This document shows positions 1 to 12,069 of a DNA stretch of 45,685 nt, piece by piece. Both the position numbers and the translations under genes were made by a program. Source of the DNA: a bacterium (GTDB lineage Bacteria; Hydrothermota; 32-111); contig JBFXGO010000018.1 of NCBI GenBank assembly GCA_050239825.1, positions 1 to 45,685 of the forward strand. The letters run 5' to 3'. Every line of letters begins with the position of its first letter. The stretch's first letter is position 1. The notes beneath the pieces are model-generated. The model saw only the letters and a program-made list of their open reading frames with translations. It did no database searches and had not been told where the DNA came from.

Positions 1-127
1 GGGCGAGAATACAGAGTTCATAGTGGAGCTTATAACAACGATAGCGATGGAGAAGGAGCTGAGGTTCGCCATTAGAGAGGGCGGACGCACGGTAGGCGCC
101 GGAGTCGTAACTGAAATAATAGCATAA
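1..127 (+). CDS. tuf: Elongation factor Tu, 3' end (partial)
   Basis: Frame from nt 2 reads ...[28 protein letters not shown], the EF-Tu C-terminal signature; stop TAA at 125-127. Confidence 0.97.
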   Translation, partial: GENTEFIVELITTIAMEKELRFAIREGGRTVGAGVVTEIIA

Positions 128-139
128 AAGGAATTAAAA

Positions 140-289
140 ATGAGAGATTTGATTAGTTACTCATGCGGTGAATGCAAAAGAAAAAATTATGTCGGCACAA
201 AGAACAAGAAAAAGCATCCCGACCGCATGGAAGTGAAAAAGTACTGCAGGTTCTGCAGAAAACACACAATGCACAAAGAGTCAAAATAA
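140..289 (+). CDS. rpmG: 50S ribosomal protein L33 (zinc-binding form)
   Basis: Hand translation [49 protein letters not shown], two CxxC pairs, AAGGA SD, canonical position after tuf; too short for the ORF track. Confidence 0.96.
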   Translation: MRDLISYSCGECKRKNYVGTKNKKKHPDRMEVKKYCRFCRKHTMHKESK

Positions 290-296
290 CTTGAAT

Positions 297-370
297 AGGG
301 CAGTAGCTCCAACTGGTAGAGCGCCGGTCTCCAAAACCGGATGCTGGGGGTTCAAATCCCTCCTGCCCTG
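297..370 (+). tRNA. tRNA-Trp (CCA)
   Basis: Acceptor AGGGCAG/CTGCCCT, D-arm GCTC/GAGC, anticodon arm CCGGT-CTCCAAA-ACCGG, T-loop TTCAAAT; 3' CCA not encoded; usual position between rpmG and secE. Confidence 0.96.
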
Positions 371-388
371 CTCTTAAAGGAGATTTTT

Positions 389-577
389 ATGTGGTGGAAG
401 AAATTTATCGAGTATCTTCGCGAAGTCAAGATTGAACTGAAGAAGGTTGTAATGCCTGACAAAAGGTCGCTCTGGGGCTCCACTCTTGTAGTGATAGTCG
501 TTTCAGTGGTGCTTGGCCTTGCGGTCGGATTATTTGATTACCTCATTGCCCGGGGCATTTCGCTCTTTACGAGGTGA
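389..577 (+). CDS. secE: Preprotein translocase subunit SecE
   Basis: YLREVKIELKKVVMP motif plus one TM segment; start moved to ATG 389 (AAGGAG SD) because the track start at 341 lies inside the tRNA. Confidence 0.93.
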   Translation: MWWKKFIEYLREVKIELKKVVMPDKRSLWGSTLVVIVVSVVLGLAVGLFDYLIARGISLFTR

Positions 578-1113
578 ACATGGAATGGTTCATTCTTCAG
601 GTTTATACAGGCTATGAGAAGAAGGCAAAACGCCTCATTGAAGAGGAGCTCAAGACAAACAATCTTGAAGACAAGGTGGGAAATGTTTTTATTCCTGCGG
701 AGTGCGTCGGAAAGATTATAAAAAGCAAAAAGGTTGTTGTCGAGAGAAATCTCTATCCCGGCTATGTTTTCATTCAGATGGAAGACACAAAGGAGATGGC
801 TTCTTTTATGGGGTCCATCTCGGCTCTCAGCACTTTTATATCCGGAAGAAAGAAGCCCGTAAAACTCAAAGCCAGTGAGATAAAGATGGTGGAAGAGCTG
901 TTGAAAAACAAAGACTCAATAAGAGAAGTGCTTGAAATACCTTTCAGGACTCAGGACAATATAAAAATAATTTCAGGCCCCTTCCGTGATTTCAACGGAG
1001 TGGTTGAGGAAATTTATCCTGAAAGAGAAAAAATGAAAGTGACAGTAACAATATTCGGTAGGTCGACTCCTGTTGAATTATCATTCACTCAGGCAGAACT
1101 TATCGGAAAATAA
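574..1113 (+). CDS. nusG: Transcription termination/antitermination factor NusG
   Basis: WFILQVYTGYE, YPGYVFIQM, KOW motif GPFRDFNGVV, IFGRSTPVEL; start may be ATG 580. Confidence 0.96.
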   Translation: MNMEWFILQVYTGYEKKAKRLIEEELKTNNLEDKVGNVFIPAECVGKIIKSKKVVVERNLYPGYVFIQMEDTKEMASFMGSISALSTFISGRKKPVKLKASEIKMVEELLKNKDSIREVLEIPFRTQDNIKIISGPFRDFNGVVEEIYPEREKMKVTVTIFGRSTPVELSFTQAELIGK

Positions 1114-1131
1114 CCCAAAAGGGGGAGATAA

Positions 1132-1560
1132 ATGGCAAAGAAGGTTGTAGCGATCGTCAAACTCCAGGTTCCGGGTGGTGCAGCCACGCCGGCTCCGCCG
1201 GTAGGACCGATTCTCGGTCAGCACGGTATCAATCTGATGCAGTTCTGCAAGAACTTCAATTCAAAGACTGAAAAGCAGAAGGGCCTCATAATACCATGCG
1301 TGATCACCGTCTACCAAGACAAGTCCTTCACATTTATCACCAAGACCCCTCCTGCGGCAATACTTCTTTTGAAGGCGGCGGGACTTGAAAAGGGCTCAGG
1401 TGTGCCCAACAAGACAAAGGTCGGTAAGGTGAAAATGGAAGATGTCAGAAAAATTGCCGAGTTGAAGATGCCGGATCTTAATGCAAAGGATCTCAACGGA
1501 GCAATAAACATGGTAAAGGGCACGGCAAGAAGCATGGGCATCATCGTGGAGGAAGCATGA
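1132..1560 (+). CDS. rplK: 50S ribosomal protein L11
   Basis: [30 protein letters not shown]. Confidence 0.98.
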   Translation: MAKKVVAIVKLQVPGGAATPAPPVGPILGQHGINLMQFCKNFNSKTEKQKGLIIPCVITVYQDKSFTFITKTPPAAILLLKAAGLEKGSGVPNKTKVGKVKMEDVRKIAELKMPDLNAKDLNGAINMVKGTARSMGIIVEEA

Positions 1561-2252
1561 AAGCAAAACGAGTGAACGAAAACACGAAGCTTGTGGACAA
1601 AACAAAAAGATATTCAATCGATGAAGCGATTGATATAATGAAGTCCACGAAGAAGGCAAAATTCGACGAGACAGTCGAGGTCGCAATGGCTCTCGGCGTA
1701 GATCCCAAGAAATCCGACCAGATGGTCAGGGGAGCCGCAACTCTTCCGAACGGCACGGGAAAGACGGTCAGAGTGCTTGTCTTTGCTAACGGAGACAAGG
1801 CAAAAGAGGCTCAGGAAGCAGGAGCCGACATAGTCGGCGAGGACGACATCATAGAAAAAATTTCCGGAGGCTTCATTGATTTTGACCTTGCGATAGCAAC
1901 GCCCGACCTGATGAAAAAAGTCGGAAAACTTGGAAAGATTCTCGGTGTAAGGGGACTAATGCCCAATCCGAAAGTGGGAACAGTCACAAATGATGTAAAG
2001 AAAGTTGTCGGTGAGGCAAAGAAGGGAAGAGTCCAGTATAAATTGGACAAGAACGGAAACATCCACACTATAGTCGGCAAGATATCCTTTGAAAAGGATA
2101 AGCTTAAGGAGAACATTCTCTTTCTCCTGACTGAGGTAAAACGCGCAAGACCTTCGTCAGCCAAAGGCACCTATTTTAAGAGTGTCACGCTCTCCACGAC
2201 TATGGGAGTCGGAGTGCCTCTCAACACATCGGAAATAAATTCACTAAAGTAA
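1557..2252 (+). CDS. rplA: 50S ribosomal protein L1
   Basis: [25 protein letters not shown]. Confidence 0.98.
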   Translation: MKAKRVNENTKLVDKTKRYSIDEAIDIMKSTKKAKFDETVEVAMALGVDPKKSDQMVRGAATLPNGTGKTVRVLVFANGDKAKEAQEAGADIVGEDDIIEKISGGFIDFDLAIATPDLMKKVGKLGKILGVRGLMPNPKVGTVTNDVKKVVGEAKKGRVQYKLDKNGNIHTIVGKISFEKDKLKENILFLLTEVKRARPSSAKGTYFKSVTLSTTMGVGVPLNTSEINSLK

Positions 2253-2261
2253 GGAGAACTT

Positions 2262-2798
2262 ATGGGCAATCCGAATAAGTTAAAGAAAAAACAGGAGACC
2301 GTTCATGAGATTGCTCAGAGACTCACTCGCGCAAAGGGAGTTTATCTTGCAGATTTCAAGGGAATGTCGGTGCTTCAGATAAATGACCTTAGAAGAACTT
2401 TCGACAAGGCAGGAATTGAATACAAAGTCGTGAAGAACACTCTTCTCTATTTTGCATTCAAGGAGATTTATCCCAATGACAGCGTAAATGTCGCTCTCAA
2501 GGGTAACACAGGAGTCGCTTTCTCCTATGGAGACTCTGTCTCCCCGGCGAAAATCATAAAGGACTTTGTAAAGAAATACAAGCTCCCGACTCCGAAAATG
2601 GCTATGGTCGAAGGGAAAATGTTTGACGGCAAAGCGATTGACAGGTTGGCAGATGTTCCGTCAAGGGAAGAGCTGCTCTCTACCCTCGTGGGTTCTCTCC
2701 AGTCACCGATATCGTCATTCGTTTTCGCCTTGAACGGCATCATCAGCGAGTTTGTTTACACGGTCGAAGCTGTTAGACAGAAAAAAGAAAATGCATAA
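2262..2798 (+). CDS. rplJ: 50S ribosomal protein L10
   Basis: [17 protein letters not shown], operon position. Confidence 0.96.
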   Translation: MGNPNKLKKKQETVHEIAQRLTRAKGVYLADFKGMSVLQINDLRRTFDKAGIEYKVVKNTLLYFAFKEIYPNDSVNVALKGNTGVAFSYGDSVSPAKIIKDFVKKYKLPTPKMAMVEGKMFDGKAIDRLADVPSREELLSTLVGSLQSPISSFVFALNGIISEFVYTVEAVRQKKENA

Positions 2799-2811
2799 AG
2801 CAGGAGGAACA

Positions 2812-3189
2812 ATGTCAGAGAATAAGGATAAAATCATAGAGATGGTCGAAAAGATGACCGTTCTCGAGCTTGCAGAGCTTGTAGAAGCATTGAAAGAGAA
2901 GTTCGGAGTTACCGCAGCGGCGCCGGTGGCAGTGGCAGTAGCACCTGCGGCAGGCGGAGCGGCGGCAGAAGCAGAGAAGACAACATCGACTGTAGTGCTT
3001 CACTCAGCCGGTCAGTCAAAGCTTCAGGTGATCAAGGTAGTAAAAGCGCTTCTCGGCGTTGAGCTGAAAGAAGCGAAGGAAATAGTTGATGCGGCTCCCA
3101 AGGATATAAAGAAAGATGTTCCAAACGAAGAGGCGGAGAAGATGAAGGAACAGCTTGAACAGGCCGGAGCAGTTGTTGAACTTAAGTAA
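2812..3189 (+). CDS. rplL: 50S ribosomal protein L7/L12
   Basis: [18 protein letters not shown] hinge, LKEAKEIVD; start ATG 2812 after AGGAGG (track start 2752 overlaps rplJ). Confidence 0.97.
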   Translation: MSENKDKIIEMVEKMTVLELAELVEALKEKFGVTAAAPVAVAVAPAAGGAAAEAEKTTSTVVLHSAGQSKLQVIKVVKALLGVELKEAKEIVDAAPKDIKKDVPNEEAEKMKEQLEQAGAVVELK

Positions 3190-3198
3190 TCAAGATAT

Positions 3199-3229
3199 TG
3201 AGGGGGGAGCTTGCTCCCCCTTCATTCTC
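3199..3229 (+). terminator. rplL-rpoB hairpin, possible attenuator or weak terminator
   Basis: TGAGGGGGGAG-CTTG-CTCCCCCTTCA 11-bp stem with only a weak TTCTC tail. Confidence 0.55.
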
Positions 3230-3258
3230 ACAACAAAAATTAAAGGAGTTGTGATTAA

Positions 3259-6200
3259 ATGAAAAGAACCTCTTTCTCCAAGATTATCTCTCCGATAACC
3301 ATTCCCGACCTTCTCTCTGTTCAGAAGGAGTCTTTTGACCAGTTTATTCAGACCGGAGTGCCGGCGGAGAAGCGCCAGAATGAAGGACTTCAGAAGATAT
3401 TCAACGAGACATTCCCGATAGACGATGTTCATTCGAGATTCATGCTTGAATTTGTGAAGTATGATTTGGAAGACCCTGTCTATTCTTTTGAAGAATGCAA
3501 ATACAAGGGTATAACCTTTGCCGCCCCTCTCAAAGTTACTTTGAAGCTTATCTTCAAGAATGTAAATGAGAAGACAGGCGAACCGACGGGTTCAATAAGG
3601 GATATAATAGAGCAGGATGTATATCTGTGCAATGTGCCTCTTATGAGCGATAAAGGAACATTCCTTATAAATGGAGTAGAGAGAGTTATAGTATCGCAGA
3701 TTCACCGTTCTCCCGGAGTCTTCTTCACTGAAGACGAAACACTCTCGGGAAAATTTCTTTACACAGCGCAGCTACTTCCCAACAAAGGTTCATGGCTTGA
3801 ATTCAATATAGACATAAATGAAATTATCTATGCTAACCTTGATAGAAGAAAGAAATTTCCGGCGACGATACTTTTGAAGGCATTCGGGTATGACACCAAT
3901 GAAAAGATTTTCAAACTTTTGTTTGAGAAGCAGGAGATGTCATTCACAGAAAAGGATATAAAAAACGAAAAGAATCCTATCAATGGAAAAATATTATATA
4001 ACAATATAGTGAATAAAAAGACAGGTGAAGTATTGTTCGAAGCTGGCACAGAGATTTCAAACGGAGTCTTGAATGTTCTTCTCAAGAACAATGTTTCATC
4101 CGTCAAAGTAGTGAAATCCGAAGAGAAGAGAGAGATTGACATAGTTGTCAACACACTCAAAAAAGACCCCACACAGTCATTTGAGGAGGCTATGGAGCGT
4201 CTTTACATGATTTTGAGGGGAACATCTCCAGCAACAACGGAGATAGCTGAAAAATTCATTGAGTCGACCTTCTTCTCTCCCGTCAGATACGAGCTTGGCA
4301 AGGTCGGACGCTACAAGCTGAATACAAGACTTCGCCACAATGTAGACAAAGACAATATCGGACTTGTGAAGGAAGATTTGATTGAGACATTGAAGTATCT
4401 GATAAAACTCACAGTGCCGAACAACGGCCTTGAGATAGATGACATTGACCATCTCGGAAACAGAAGAATAAGAAGGGTCGGCGAACTTCTTGAAAACCAG
4501 TTCTCTCTGGCTCTCTCAAAAATGGTCAAGTCGATTAAGGAAAGAATGATGCTGAAGGACATACAGTCATTGACACCAAAGGATTTGATAAATGCAAGAC
4601 TGGTTTCATCCATAATCATCTCTTTCTTCTCCACAAGCCAGCTTTCACAGTTTATGGAACAGACGAATCCGCTTGCGGAGCTTACTCACAAGAGAAGAAT
4701 ATCCGCATTGGGTCCCGGCGGACTCACTCGGGATACTGCCGGATTTGAAGTGCGAGATGTTCACCATTCTCATTATGGCAGAATTTGTCCGATAGAGACA
4801 CCTGAAGGACCAAACATCGGTCTTATCACATCTCTCTCAACATACGCAAGAATCAATGAATTTGGTTTCATAGAGACGCCCTACAGAAAGGTTGTCAAAG
4901 GAAAGGTTACCAATCAGATAGAGTTTTTATCTGCAGACATGGAAGACAGGTATGCGATTGCTCAGGCAAATGCAGTTTTGAATGCCGATAATACCTTCAA
5001 AAATGATTTGATTCTCTGCAGGAACAAGGGAGAATATCCTTTGGTTCCGAAGGAGGATGTCAATTTCATGGATGTCTCTCCCAAGCAGATTGTTTCACCA
5101 TCGGCTTCAATGATTCCCTTCCTTGAACACGATGATGCCAACAGGGCTCTCATGGGATCCAACATGCAGCGTCAGGCGGTTCCACTTTTAAAACCCACTT
5201 CACCTGTGGTGGGAACCGGAATAGAGAGACAGGTTTCAATAGACGCAGGAAGCGTGGTTGTCGCAAAGAATGAAGGCACTGTTGAAGAGATGACAGGAGA
5301 CTACATTAAAATAAAGACGGAGAGGACCACAAGCGATAATATTTTCGACGAGGATGTGGGATATGATATTTATCGTCTGATAACATTTCAGAGAACGAAC
5401 CAGGACACAACTATAATTCAAAGGCCGATAGTCAAAATCGGACAGAGAGTCAAAGCAGGCGATATCATAGCCGACGGACATGCATGCGACAATGGAGAGA
5501 TGGCACTCGGACAGAATATTTTCGTGGCATTCCTTCCATGGTACGGTTATAATTTTGAAGATGCTATAGTGGTCTCCGAAAGGCTTCTGACAGAAGATTC
5601 ATTTACATCAATACATGTAAAGGAACTTGAGATAGCTCTCCGCGAAACAAAACTGGGGCCCGAGGAATTCACCCGCGAACTTCCCAATGTCTCGGAAGAC
5701 GCTACTCATGACCTTGATGAATACGGAGTAATCAGAATAGGCGCAAAAGTTCAGCCGGGCGACATTCTCGTGGGAAAAGTCACTCCTAAGGGAGAAGTTG
5801 AATTAACGCCTGAAGAAAAGCTGTTAAGGGCGATCTTTGGAGAGAAGGCAAGCGATGTGAGGGACACCTCGCTGAAGGTTCCGCCCGGAATCAGCGGAGT
5901 GGTTGTTGATGTAAGGGTTCTTTCAAGAGAGAACAAGAGAAAAGAGGCAATAGAAAAAGAGGTCGTTAAAGAAGTCGATGAAAAAATCAAGAGAATAGAA
6001 AAGAAACGCATTCAGCTTCTCAAAGAGCTCTTAATCGACAAGAAAGTCAGTGAATCACTGCGCGACATCTACGGAAAGGTTCTCATAAAAAAGGGCATGA
6101 AGATTACCGATGATATGATAAAAAAGATGGATTTCACAGCTGTTATAGTCGAAAGGGATGTTCTCCCGACCGAGTACAGAAAGGCGAATAAAATAATAAG

Positions 6201-7062
6201 GGACTCAAATGCGGCGATAAATAAAATAAGAAACCGCATAGGCGAGGGTTCTCTTGACCAGCTTCACGGAGACGAGCTTCCCAACGGCGTTTTGAAGATG
6301 GTTAAAATATTCATAGCGCAGAAGAGAAACCTTCAGGTGGGAGACAAACTTGCAGGACGTCACGGAAACAAGGGCGTAGTCGCAAAAATAGTCCCCATTG
6401 AAGACATGCCTTTCCTCTCAGACGGAACTCCGATTGACATTGTTCTCAATCCTTTGGGAGTATCCTCAAGAATGAATGTGGGGCAGGTGCTTGAGACTCT
6501 TCTCGGATACGCCGGAATAAAGAAGGGAATAAAGTATTCTTCACCCGTCTTTGAAGGCACGACAATTGACGAGATAAAGAACCAGCTCACTCAGGTTGGG
6601 GCAGACCCTTCAGGAAAGATGGTTTTATACGATGGAAGAACCGGAGAACAGTTTGATGAAAAAGTCACAGTCGGCTATATGTATATTATGAAATTATCAC
6701 ATATGGTTGAGGATAAGATACACGCAAGAGCTACAGGTCCTTACTCTCTCATCTCTCAACAGCCGCTGGGAGGAAAAGCCCAGTTCGGAGGACAGAGATT
6801 CGGAGAGATGGAAGTGTGGGCGCTTGAAGCTTATGGCGCAGCATACACTCTTCAGGAAATCCTGACAGTCAAGTCGGATGATGTGAAGGGAAGGTCAGAC
6901 CTGTATGAAGCCATAGTGAAGGGTAAAAATCCGCCCGAACCGGGGCTTCCTGCAGCTTTCAATGTTCTTATCAAGGAGATGAACGGCTTATGCCTTGATG
7001 TCACTTTGGGAAAGAATGAAGACGAAGAGACAAAGCCGAAGCCGCAAATAGTTGAAGAGTAG
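3259..7062 (+). CDS. rpoB: DNA-directed RNA polymerase subunit beta
   Basis: [46 protein letters not shown]. Confidence 0.99.
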   Translation: MKRTSFSKIISPITIPDLLSVQKESFDQFIQTGVPAEKRQNEGLQKIFNETFPIDDVHSRFMLEFVKYDLEDPVYSFEECKYKGITFAAPLKVTLKLIFKNVNEKTGEPTGSIRDIIEQDVYLCNVPLMSDKGTFLINGVERVIVSQIHRSPGVFFTEDETLSGKFLYTAQLLPNKGSWLEFNIDINEIIYANLDRRKKFPATILLKAFGYDTNEKIFKLLFEKQEMSFTEKDIKNEKNPINGKILYNNIVNKKTGEVLFEAGTEISNGVLNVLLKNNVSSVKVVKSEEKREIDIVVNTLKKDPTQSFEEAMERLYMILRGTSPATTEIAEKFIESTFFSPVRYELGKVGRYKLNTRLRHNVDKDNIGLVKEDLIETLKYLIKLTVPNNGLEIDDIDHLGNRRIRRVGELLENQFSLALSKMVKSIKERMMLKDIQSLTPKDLINARLVSSIIISFFSTSQLSQFMEQTNPLAELTHKRRISALGPGGLTRDTAGFEVRDVHHSHYGRICPIETPEGPNIGLITSLSTYARINEFGFIETPYRKVVKGKVTNQIEFLSADMEDRYAIAQANAVLNADNTFKNDLILCRNKGEYPLVPKEDVNFMDVSPKQIVSPSASMIPFLEHDDANRALMGSNMQRQAVPLLKPTSPVVGTGIERQVSIDAGSVVVAKNEGTVEEMTGDYIKIKTERTTSDNIFDEDVGYDIYRLITFQRTNQDTTIIQRPIVKIGQRVKAGDIIADGHACDNGEMALGQNIFVAFLPWYGYNFEDAIVVSERLLTEDSFTSIHVKELEIALRETKLGPEEFTRELPNVSEDATHDLDEYGVIRIGAKVQPGDILVGKVTPKGEVELTPEEKLLRAIFGEKASDVRDTSLKVPPGISGVVVDVRVLSRENKRKEAIEKEVVKEVDEKIKRIEKKRIQLLKELLIDKKVSESLRDIYGKVLIKKGMKITDDMIKKMDFTAVIVERDVLPTEYRKANKIIRDSNAAINKIRNRIGEGSLDQLHGDELPNGVLKMVKIFIAQKRNLQVGDKLAGRHGNKGVVAKIVPIEDMPFLSDGTPIDIVLNPLGVSSRMNVGQVLETLLGYAGIKKGIKYSSPVFEGTTIDEIKNQLTQVGADPSGKMVLYDGRTGEQFDEKVTVGYMYIMKLSHMVEDKIHARATGPYSLISQQPLGGKAQFGGQRFGEMEVWALEAYGAAYTLQEILTVKSDDVKGRSDLYEAIVKGKNPPEPGLPAAFNVLIKEMNGLCLDVTLGKNEDEETKPKPQIVEE

Positions 7063-7079
7063 AGAAAGAAGGAGACACA

Positions 7080-10000
7080 ATGGCTGAAGAAAGAAGCAAA
7101 CAGAAAAAAATCCTGAGACCTCTGGATTTCGACTACATACAGCTTAAGCTTGCATCCCCTGATAAGATCAAGGAATGGTCTCACGGAGAGGTTCTGAAGG
7201 CTGAGACAATAAATTACAGAACTCAGAAACCTGAAAGGGACGGACTCTTCTGCGAGAGGATATTCGGACCCGTAAAGGATTATGAGTGCAACTGCGGAAA
7301 ATACAAGCATGCAAGGTACAGAGGAATTGTGTGCGAACGGTGCGGAGTTGAAGTGACCCTCTCCAAGGTAAGAAGAGAGAGGATGGGACACATAGACCTC
7401 GCAGTTCCAATCGCGCATATATGGTTCTACAAGGCAAGCCCGTGCAGAATCGGCATTCTTCTGGATATGAAGGCGACAGACCTTGAAAAAATACTTTACT
7501 ATAATGCTTATGTGGTTACTGAACCCGGAAAGACTCCGCTTAAAAAGATGGAGATTCTCTCTGAGGAGAAGTATGAAGAATACTATGAGCAGTATACAGA
7601 TGCTTTCAAAGCCAAGATGGGCTCTGAAGCAATCTATGAGATACTGAGGGATCTTAACCTTGACGAATTGAGTCATGAGCTGAGAACTCAGTCCCGCCAC
7701 GAATCAAGCAGTGAAAAGAAACGAAAGATTTTAAAGAGGCTCCGCCTCGTTGAATCATTCAGAAAATCAGACAACAAGCAGGATTGGATGATTCTTTTCC
7801 GCTTGCCCGTCATACCGCCCGATTTAAGGCCTCTTGTGGCCCTCGACGGCGGAAGATTCGCAACGAGTGACCTGAATGACCTTTACAGAAGGGTGATTTC
7901 GAGAAACAACCGCTTGAAGCATCTTATGCAGATAGGAGCACCCGAGATAATACTCAGAAATGAGAAGAGGATGCTTCAGGAGTCTGTCGATGCGCTTCTT
8001 GACAATGCAAGGCGCGCCCGTCCGATAAAGGGCAGAGGAAACAGAGCTCTCAAATCCCTGACGGATTCTCTCAAAGGAAAGAATGGAAGATTCAGGCAGA
8101 ATCTGCTCGGCAAGAGAGTCGATTATTCCGGCAGAAGCGTAATCGTCGTAGGACCTGAATTGAAGATATACCAGTGCGGTCTGCCGAAGGAGATGGCTCT
8201 TGAACTTTTCAAGCCCTTCATAATACAGAAGCTTGAAGAGAGAAAGATTGCGATGGGCATTAAGAATGTAAAGAAGATAATTGATAAAGAATCCAAAGAG
8301 GTCTGGAAGATACTTGAAGAGATTATAAAAGACCATCCTGTTCTTCTTAACAGAGCCCCCACTCTTCACCGTCTCGGCATACAGGCTTTCCAGCCGGTGC
8401 TCGTCGAAGGAAAAGCCATAAGGCTTCATCCCCTTGTTTGTACGGCGTTCAACGCAGACTTTGACGGAGACCAGATGGCAGTTCACATCCCCCTCTCATA
8501 CGAAGCGAGAGTGGAAGCGAAACTTTTAATGCTTTCGGCGAACAATGTATTGTCTCCTGCGCACGGCCGTCCGATTACTACGCCTACCCATGACATGGTC
8601 GTCGGCCTATACTATCTTACTAATGAAAAAACAGGTCTCAAGGGCGAAGGAATGACAGTAGATTCATTTGACGAGGCTCACTATCTCTATGAAAACAAGA
8701 TAGCCGACCTGCATGCAAAAGTGAAATTCAGATATAATGGCGCAATGTATGATACTACAATTGGAAGAATAATATTCAATGCATTCATTCCTGAGAAGAT
8801 GAGATACATCAACAAACCTATGGCCAAAAAGGAATTGCAGTCATTGATATTTGATTCATTCTGGAAAGTCCCCAATAAAGAGCTGATTGAACTGCTCGAC
8901 AACATAAAGGAAAATGGTTTCTTCTTCGCCACAAAGTGCGGACTCACATTCGGTCTTGATGACATGGTAGTGCCTAAAGAAAAAAAGATAATAGTGGAAT
9001 CCACTCAGAAAGAGGTTGACAGGATAAACAGAGAACACAGAAAGGGAGGAACCACAACCGAACAGGAGAGATTCAGAAGAGTTGTCGATGCATGGATTGA
9101 TGCCGGAAACAAGATAAGAGATGTCGTTGAAAGAGAATTGAAGAGCGACAGAAACGGATTCAACCCAATATATATGATTGTGGGATCCGGAGCCAGAGGA
9201 AACATGGAGCAGGTGAGACAGCTCATAGGAATAAGAGGGCTAATGCAGAAGCCTCAAAAGAAGCTTACCGGAGAAGAAATCATAGAGACTCCGGTTACAT
9301 CAAACTTCAAAGAGGGACTGCAGGTTCTTGAGTACTTTATTTCAACGCACGGTTCAAGAAAAGGTCTCACTGACACGGCATTAAAGACTGCTGAAGCAGG
9401 ATACCTGACCCGTCGTCTCGTTGATGTTGCGCAGGATGTGATAATAACCGAAGAGGACTGCGGAACGATTCTCGGCGTAGAGATGAAACCCATAAGGGAG
9501 AAAGACAAGATAGTCAAGAAATTCTCCGACCTAATAGTGGGAAGATTCGCTCTCGAAGACATAGTCAATGAGATTACCAAAGAAGTTATTGTGCATGAAA
9601 ATGAAGAGATTACTCTTGAACAGGCTCTTGAAATGGACACCATAGGGCTTGAGAAAGTGAAGATAAGGTCTGTTCTGACATGCGAAGCCGAATACGGACT
9701 CTGCAGAAAGTGCTACGGAAGAAATCTTGCAACAGGCAGACTTGTAGAGATAGGAGAGGCGGCCGGAGTCATGGCGGCGCAGTCAATCGGAGAACCGGGA
9801 ACCCAGCTCACATTGAAAACCTTCCACATCGGAGGAACGGCAGGAGGAAAGACAGAGCAGAACACCCTGAAGACAAAGAACAAAGGAAAGCTGAAGTTCG
9901 TCAAGATGAAACTTGTTGATAATGAGCTCGGTCAGAAAATAAATCTTTCGAAGGGTTCCAAGATTGTCATAAGCGATTCAGACGGAAAAGACCATGAAAT

Positions 10001-11144
10001 GAACATACCAGTAGGAGCCCAGATTCTTGTTGAAGAAAAACAGGAAGTGAAGGAAGGCGATGACATCTTCTCATGGGACCCATACTCAAATCCGATACAT
10101 GCAACTGTCGAGGGTTATGCTCAATTCAACAACCTTGTCCCCGGTCAGACAGTGAAAGCAGAGTATTCGGGAACAGAAATGCTCTACATAGTAATTGAAA
10201 ACAGGGACAAAACACTTCATCCTGAAATAAACATAATAGATAAATCCGGTAAACTTATAAAAAACCATCCGCTTCCGGTCGGCTCCTACATTCTTGTGAA
10301 AAACCGCGAGAAAGTTTTACAGGGCACAGTCATAGCGAAGAAGCCGAAATCGCATGTTTCAGGAAGCGATATCACAGGGGGACTTCCGAGAGTTGTTGAA
10401 CTCTTTGAAGCACGCGTGCCGAAGGACAAGGCGGTTATAACTGAAGTCGACGGCACTGTCGAACTCGGGCCTATAAAAAAGGGTGAAAGAATAATAAATG
10501 TTGTGACACCAAATAATCAAAAGTATGAGTATAAAATACCTTATGGAAAGCATCTTCTGGTGTATGACAATGAAGTTGTTGAAGCCGGAGAGCGTTTGTG
10601 CGACGGAGCGATAGACCCGCATGACCTAATGAGAATAAAGGATGTGGGAGAGGTCGCGAACTTCCTGATGAATCAGATACAGGAGGTTTACAGAGCTCAG
10701 GGCGTGGAAATTGACGACAAACACATAGCTCTAATCATAAGGCAGATGATCAAGTATGTGAGGGTTACAGACCCGGGCGAGACAGACTTTATTGAAGGAG
10801 AGATAGTGGAGAAGAAGGAGATAGACAAGGAGAACGAAAGAGTGAGCGAATCCGGCGAAAAGCCTGCCCTCTATACAAGGCTTTTGATGGGAATCACAAA
10901 AGCATCGCTGAAGACGCAGTCCTTCATCTCTGCGGCATCCTTCCAAGAGACCACAAAAGTATTGACAGATGCGGCAATCAATGGTAACATTGACAATCTT
11001 AACGGCTTAAAGGAGAATGTCATAATGGGCAATCTTCTGCCCGCAGGAACAGGCATCAAGAAATACAGAAAGATTGAAGACGAAAAAGAAGAGATCTTTG
11101 AAGAAGAAGAAATTTTGGAACAAGCACCAATAGTTAAGGAGTAA
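7080..11144 (+). CDS. rpoC: DNA-directed RNA polymerase subunit beta'
   Basis: N-terminal zinc finger, catalytic [15 protein letters not shown]. Confidence 0.99.
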   Translation: MAEERSKQKKILRPLDFDYIQLKLASPDKIKEWSHGEVLKAETINYRTQKPERDGLFCERIFGPVKDYECNCGKYKHARYRGIVCERCGVEVTLSKVRRERMGHIDLAVPIAHIWFYKASPCRIGILLDMKATDLEKILYYNAYVVTEPGKTPLKKMEILSEEKYEEYYEQYTDAFKAKMGSEAIYEILRDLNLDELSHELRTQSRHESSSEKKRKILKRLRLVESFRKSDNKQDWMILFRLPVIPPDLRPLVALDGGRFATSDLNDLYRRVISRNNRLKHLMQIGAPEIILRNEKRMLQESVDALLDNARRARPIKGRGNRALKSLTDSLKGKNGRFRQNLLGKRVDYSGRSVIVVGPELKIYQCGLPKEMALELFKPFIIQKLEERKIAMGIKNVKKIIDKESKEVWKILEEIIKDHPVLLNRAPTLHRLGIQAFQPVLVEGKAIRLHPLVCTAFNADFDGDQMAVHIPLSYEARVEAKLLMLSANNVLSPAHGRPITTPTHDMVVGLYYLTNEKTGLKGEGMTVDSFDEAHYLYENKIADLHAKVKFRYNGAMYDTTIGRIIFNAFIPEKMRYINKPMAKKELQSLIFDSFWKVPNKELIELLDNIKENGFFFATKCGLTFGLDDMVVPKEKKIIVESTQKEVDRINREHRKGGTTTEQERFRRVVDAWIDAGNKIRDVVERELKSDRNGFNPIYMIVGSGARGNMEQVRQLIGIRGLMQKPQKKLTGEEIIETPVTSNFKEGLQVLEYFISTHGSRKGLTDTALKTAEAGYLTRRLVDVAQDVIITEEDCGTILGVEMKPIREKDKIVKKFSDLIVGRFALEDIVNEITKEVIVHENEEITLEQALEMDTIGLEKVKIRSVLTCEAEYGLCRKCYGRNLATGRLVEIGEAAGVMAAQSIGEPGTQLTLKTFHIGGTAGGKTEQNTLKTKNKGKLKFVKMKLVDNELGQKINLSKGSKIVISDSDGKDHEMNIPVGAQILVEEKQEVKEGDDIFSWDPYSNPIHATVEGYAQFNNLVPGQTVKAEYSGTEMLYIVIENRDKTLHPEINIIDKSGKLIKNHPLPVGSYILVKNREKVLQGTVIAKKPKSHVSGSDITGGLPRVVELFEARVPKDKAVITEVDGTVELGPIKKGERIINVVTPNNQKYEYKIPYGKHLLVYDNEVVEAGERLCDGAIDPHDLMRIKDVGEVANFLMNQIQEVYRAQGVEIDDKHIALIIRQMIKYVRVTDPGETDFIEGEIVEKKEIDKENERVSESGEKPALYTRLLMGITKASLKTQSFISAASFQETTKVLTDAAINGNIDNLNGLKENVIMGNLLPAGTGIKKYRKIEDEKEEIFEEEEILEQAPIVKE

Positions 11145-11149
11145 AATAT

Positions 11150-11530
11150 ATGCCAACAGTAAATCAGTTAGTAAGAAAAGGCAGAGAGACAACGACAAAA
11201 AAGACAAAAGCGCCGGCTTTGAAATCTTGCCCGCAGAAGCGCGGAATATGCACGAGAGTATACACGACAAAGCCGAAGAAACCGAATTCGGCATTGAGAA
11301 AGGTCGCCAGAGTGAGACTTTCAAACGGATATGAAGTGACTGCCTACATCCCGGGAGAGGGGCACAATCTGCAGGAGCATTCAGTCGTCCTCATAAGAGG
11401 CGGAAGAGTGAAGGACCTGCCGGGTGTGAGATATCACATAATAAGAGGCGTCTATGATTCAGCAGGTGTTGAAGGCAGAAGAAGGTCACGCTCGCATTAC
11501 GGCGCAAAGAAACCAAAACAAACCGCATAG
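11150..11530 (+). CDS. rpsL: 30S ribosomal protein S12
   Basis: [22 protein letters not shown]. Confidence 0.99.
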   Translation: MPTVNQLVRKGRETTTKKTKAPALKSCPQKRGICTRVYTTKPKKPNSALRKVARVRLSNGYEVTAYIPGEGHNLQEHSVVLIRGGRVKDLPGVRYHIIRGVYDSAGVEGRRRSRSHYGAKKPKQTA

Positions 11531-11540
11531 GAGTTGAAAA

Positions 11541-12014
11541 ATGCCAAGAAGGATTAGAGTACTTCCGAAAAGAGAGTATGTTGACCCGAGATACAACAGT
11601 TCAGTAATCGGAAAATTCATTAACAGCATAATGAAGCGAGGAAAGAAATCAACAGCGCTCTACATATTTTATGATGCCCTTGAGGTTCTTCACAAGAAGA
11701 CCGGAGAGGACGGATATCAGGTGTTTGACAAAGCTCTTGCCAATGTCAAGCCGATAGTCGAGGTTCGTCCGAGAAGAATCGGCGGAGCTACATATCAGGT
11801 GCCTATGGAAGTCAAACCTGAGCGCAAACTTGCCCTCGCGATAAGATGGGTTCTTGAAGCCGCACGCGACAGAAGCGAGCACACAATGGCGGAAAAACTT
11901 GCAGGAGAGCTTCTTGCATGCTACAAGAAAGAGAACAGCGGCTCTATGAAGAAGAGGGAAGACACTCACAGAATGGCTGAAGCCAATAAGGCATATGCGC
12001 ATTTCCGTTTCTGA
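11541..12014 (+). CDS. rpsG: 30S ribosomal protein S7
   Basis: RRIGGATYQVP, HRMAEANKAYAH. Confidence 0.98.
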   Translation: MPRRIRVLPKREYVDPRYNSSVIGKFINSIMKRGKKSTALYIFYDALEVLHKKTGEDGYQVFDKALANVKPIVEVRPRRIGGATYQVPMEVKPERKLALAIRWVLEAARDRSEHTMAEKLAGELLACYKKENSGSMKKREDTHRMAEANKAYAHFRF

Positions 12015-12033
12015 TAAATAGAAATTTTTAAAT

Positions 12034-12065
12034 AAAACCCATCTGTCAAAGATGGGTTTTTTTTT
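12034..12065 (+). terminator. Intrinsic terminator between rpsG and fusA
   Basis: AAAACCCATCT-GTCAA-AGATGGGTTTT stem ending in a T9 run (12057-12065). Confidence 0.8.
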
Positions 12066-12069
12066 ACTT

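Noticed and set aside
341..388. Track N-terminal extensions of secE (also rplL, fusA, receptor, cheW, mglB, PHP)
   Set aside because: They overlap a tRNA, upstream genes, a terminator or promoters; downstream ATGs fit SDs or family N-termini better
6852..8486. Long antisense ORFs over rpoB/rpoC (282 aa, 220 aa) and the many similar minus-strand ORFs
   Set aside because: Shadow frames of conserved genes with no motifs or SDs
11260..11300. S12 reads [10 protein letters not shown] rather than TTTPKKPNSA
   Set aside because: The streptomycin-relevant lysines are intact and this position varies naturally
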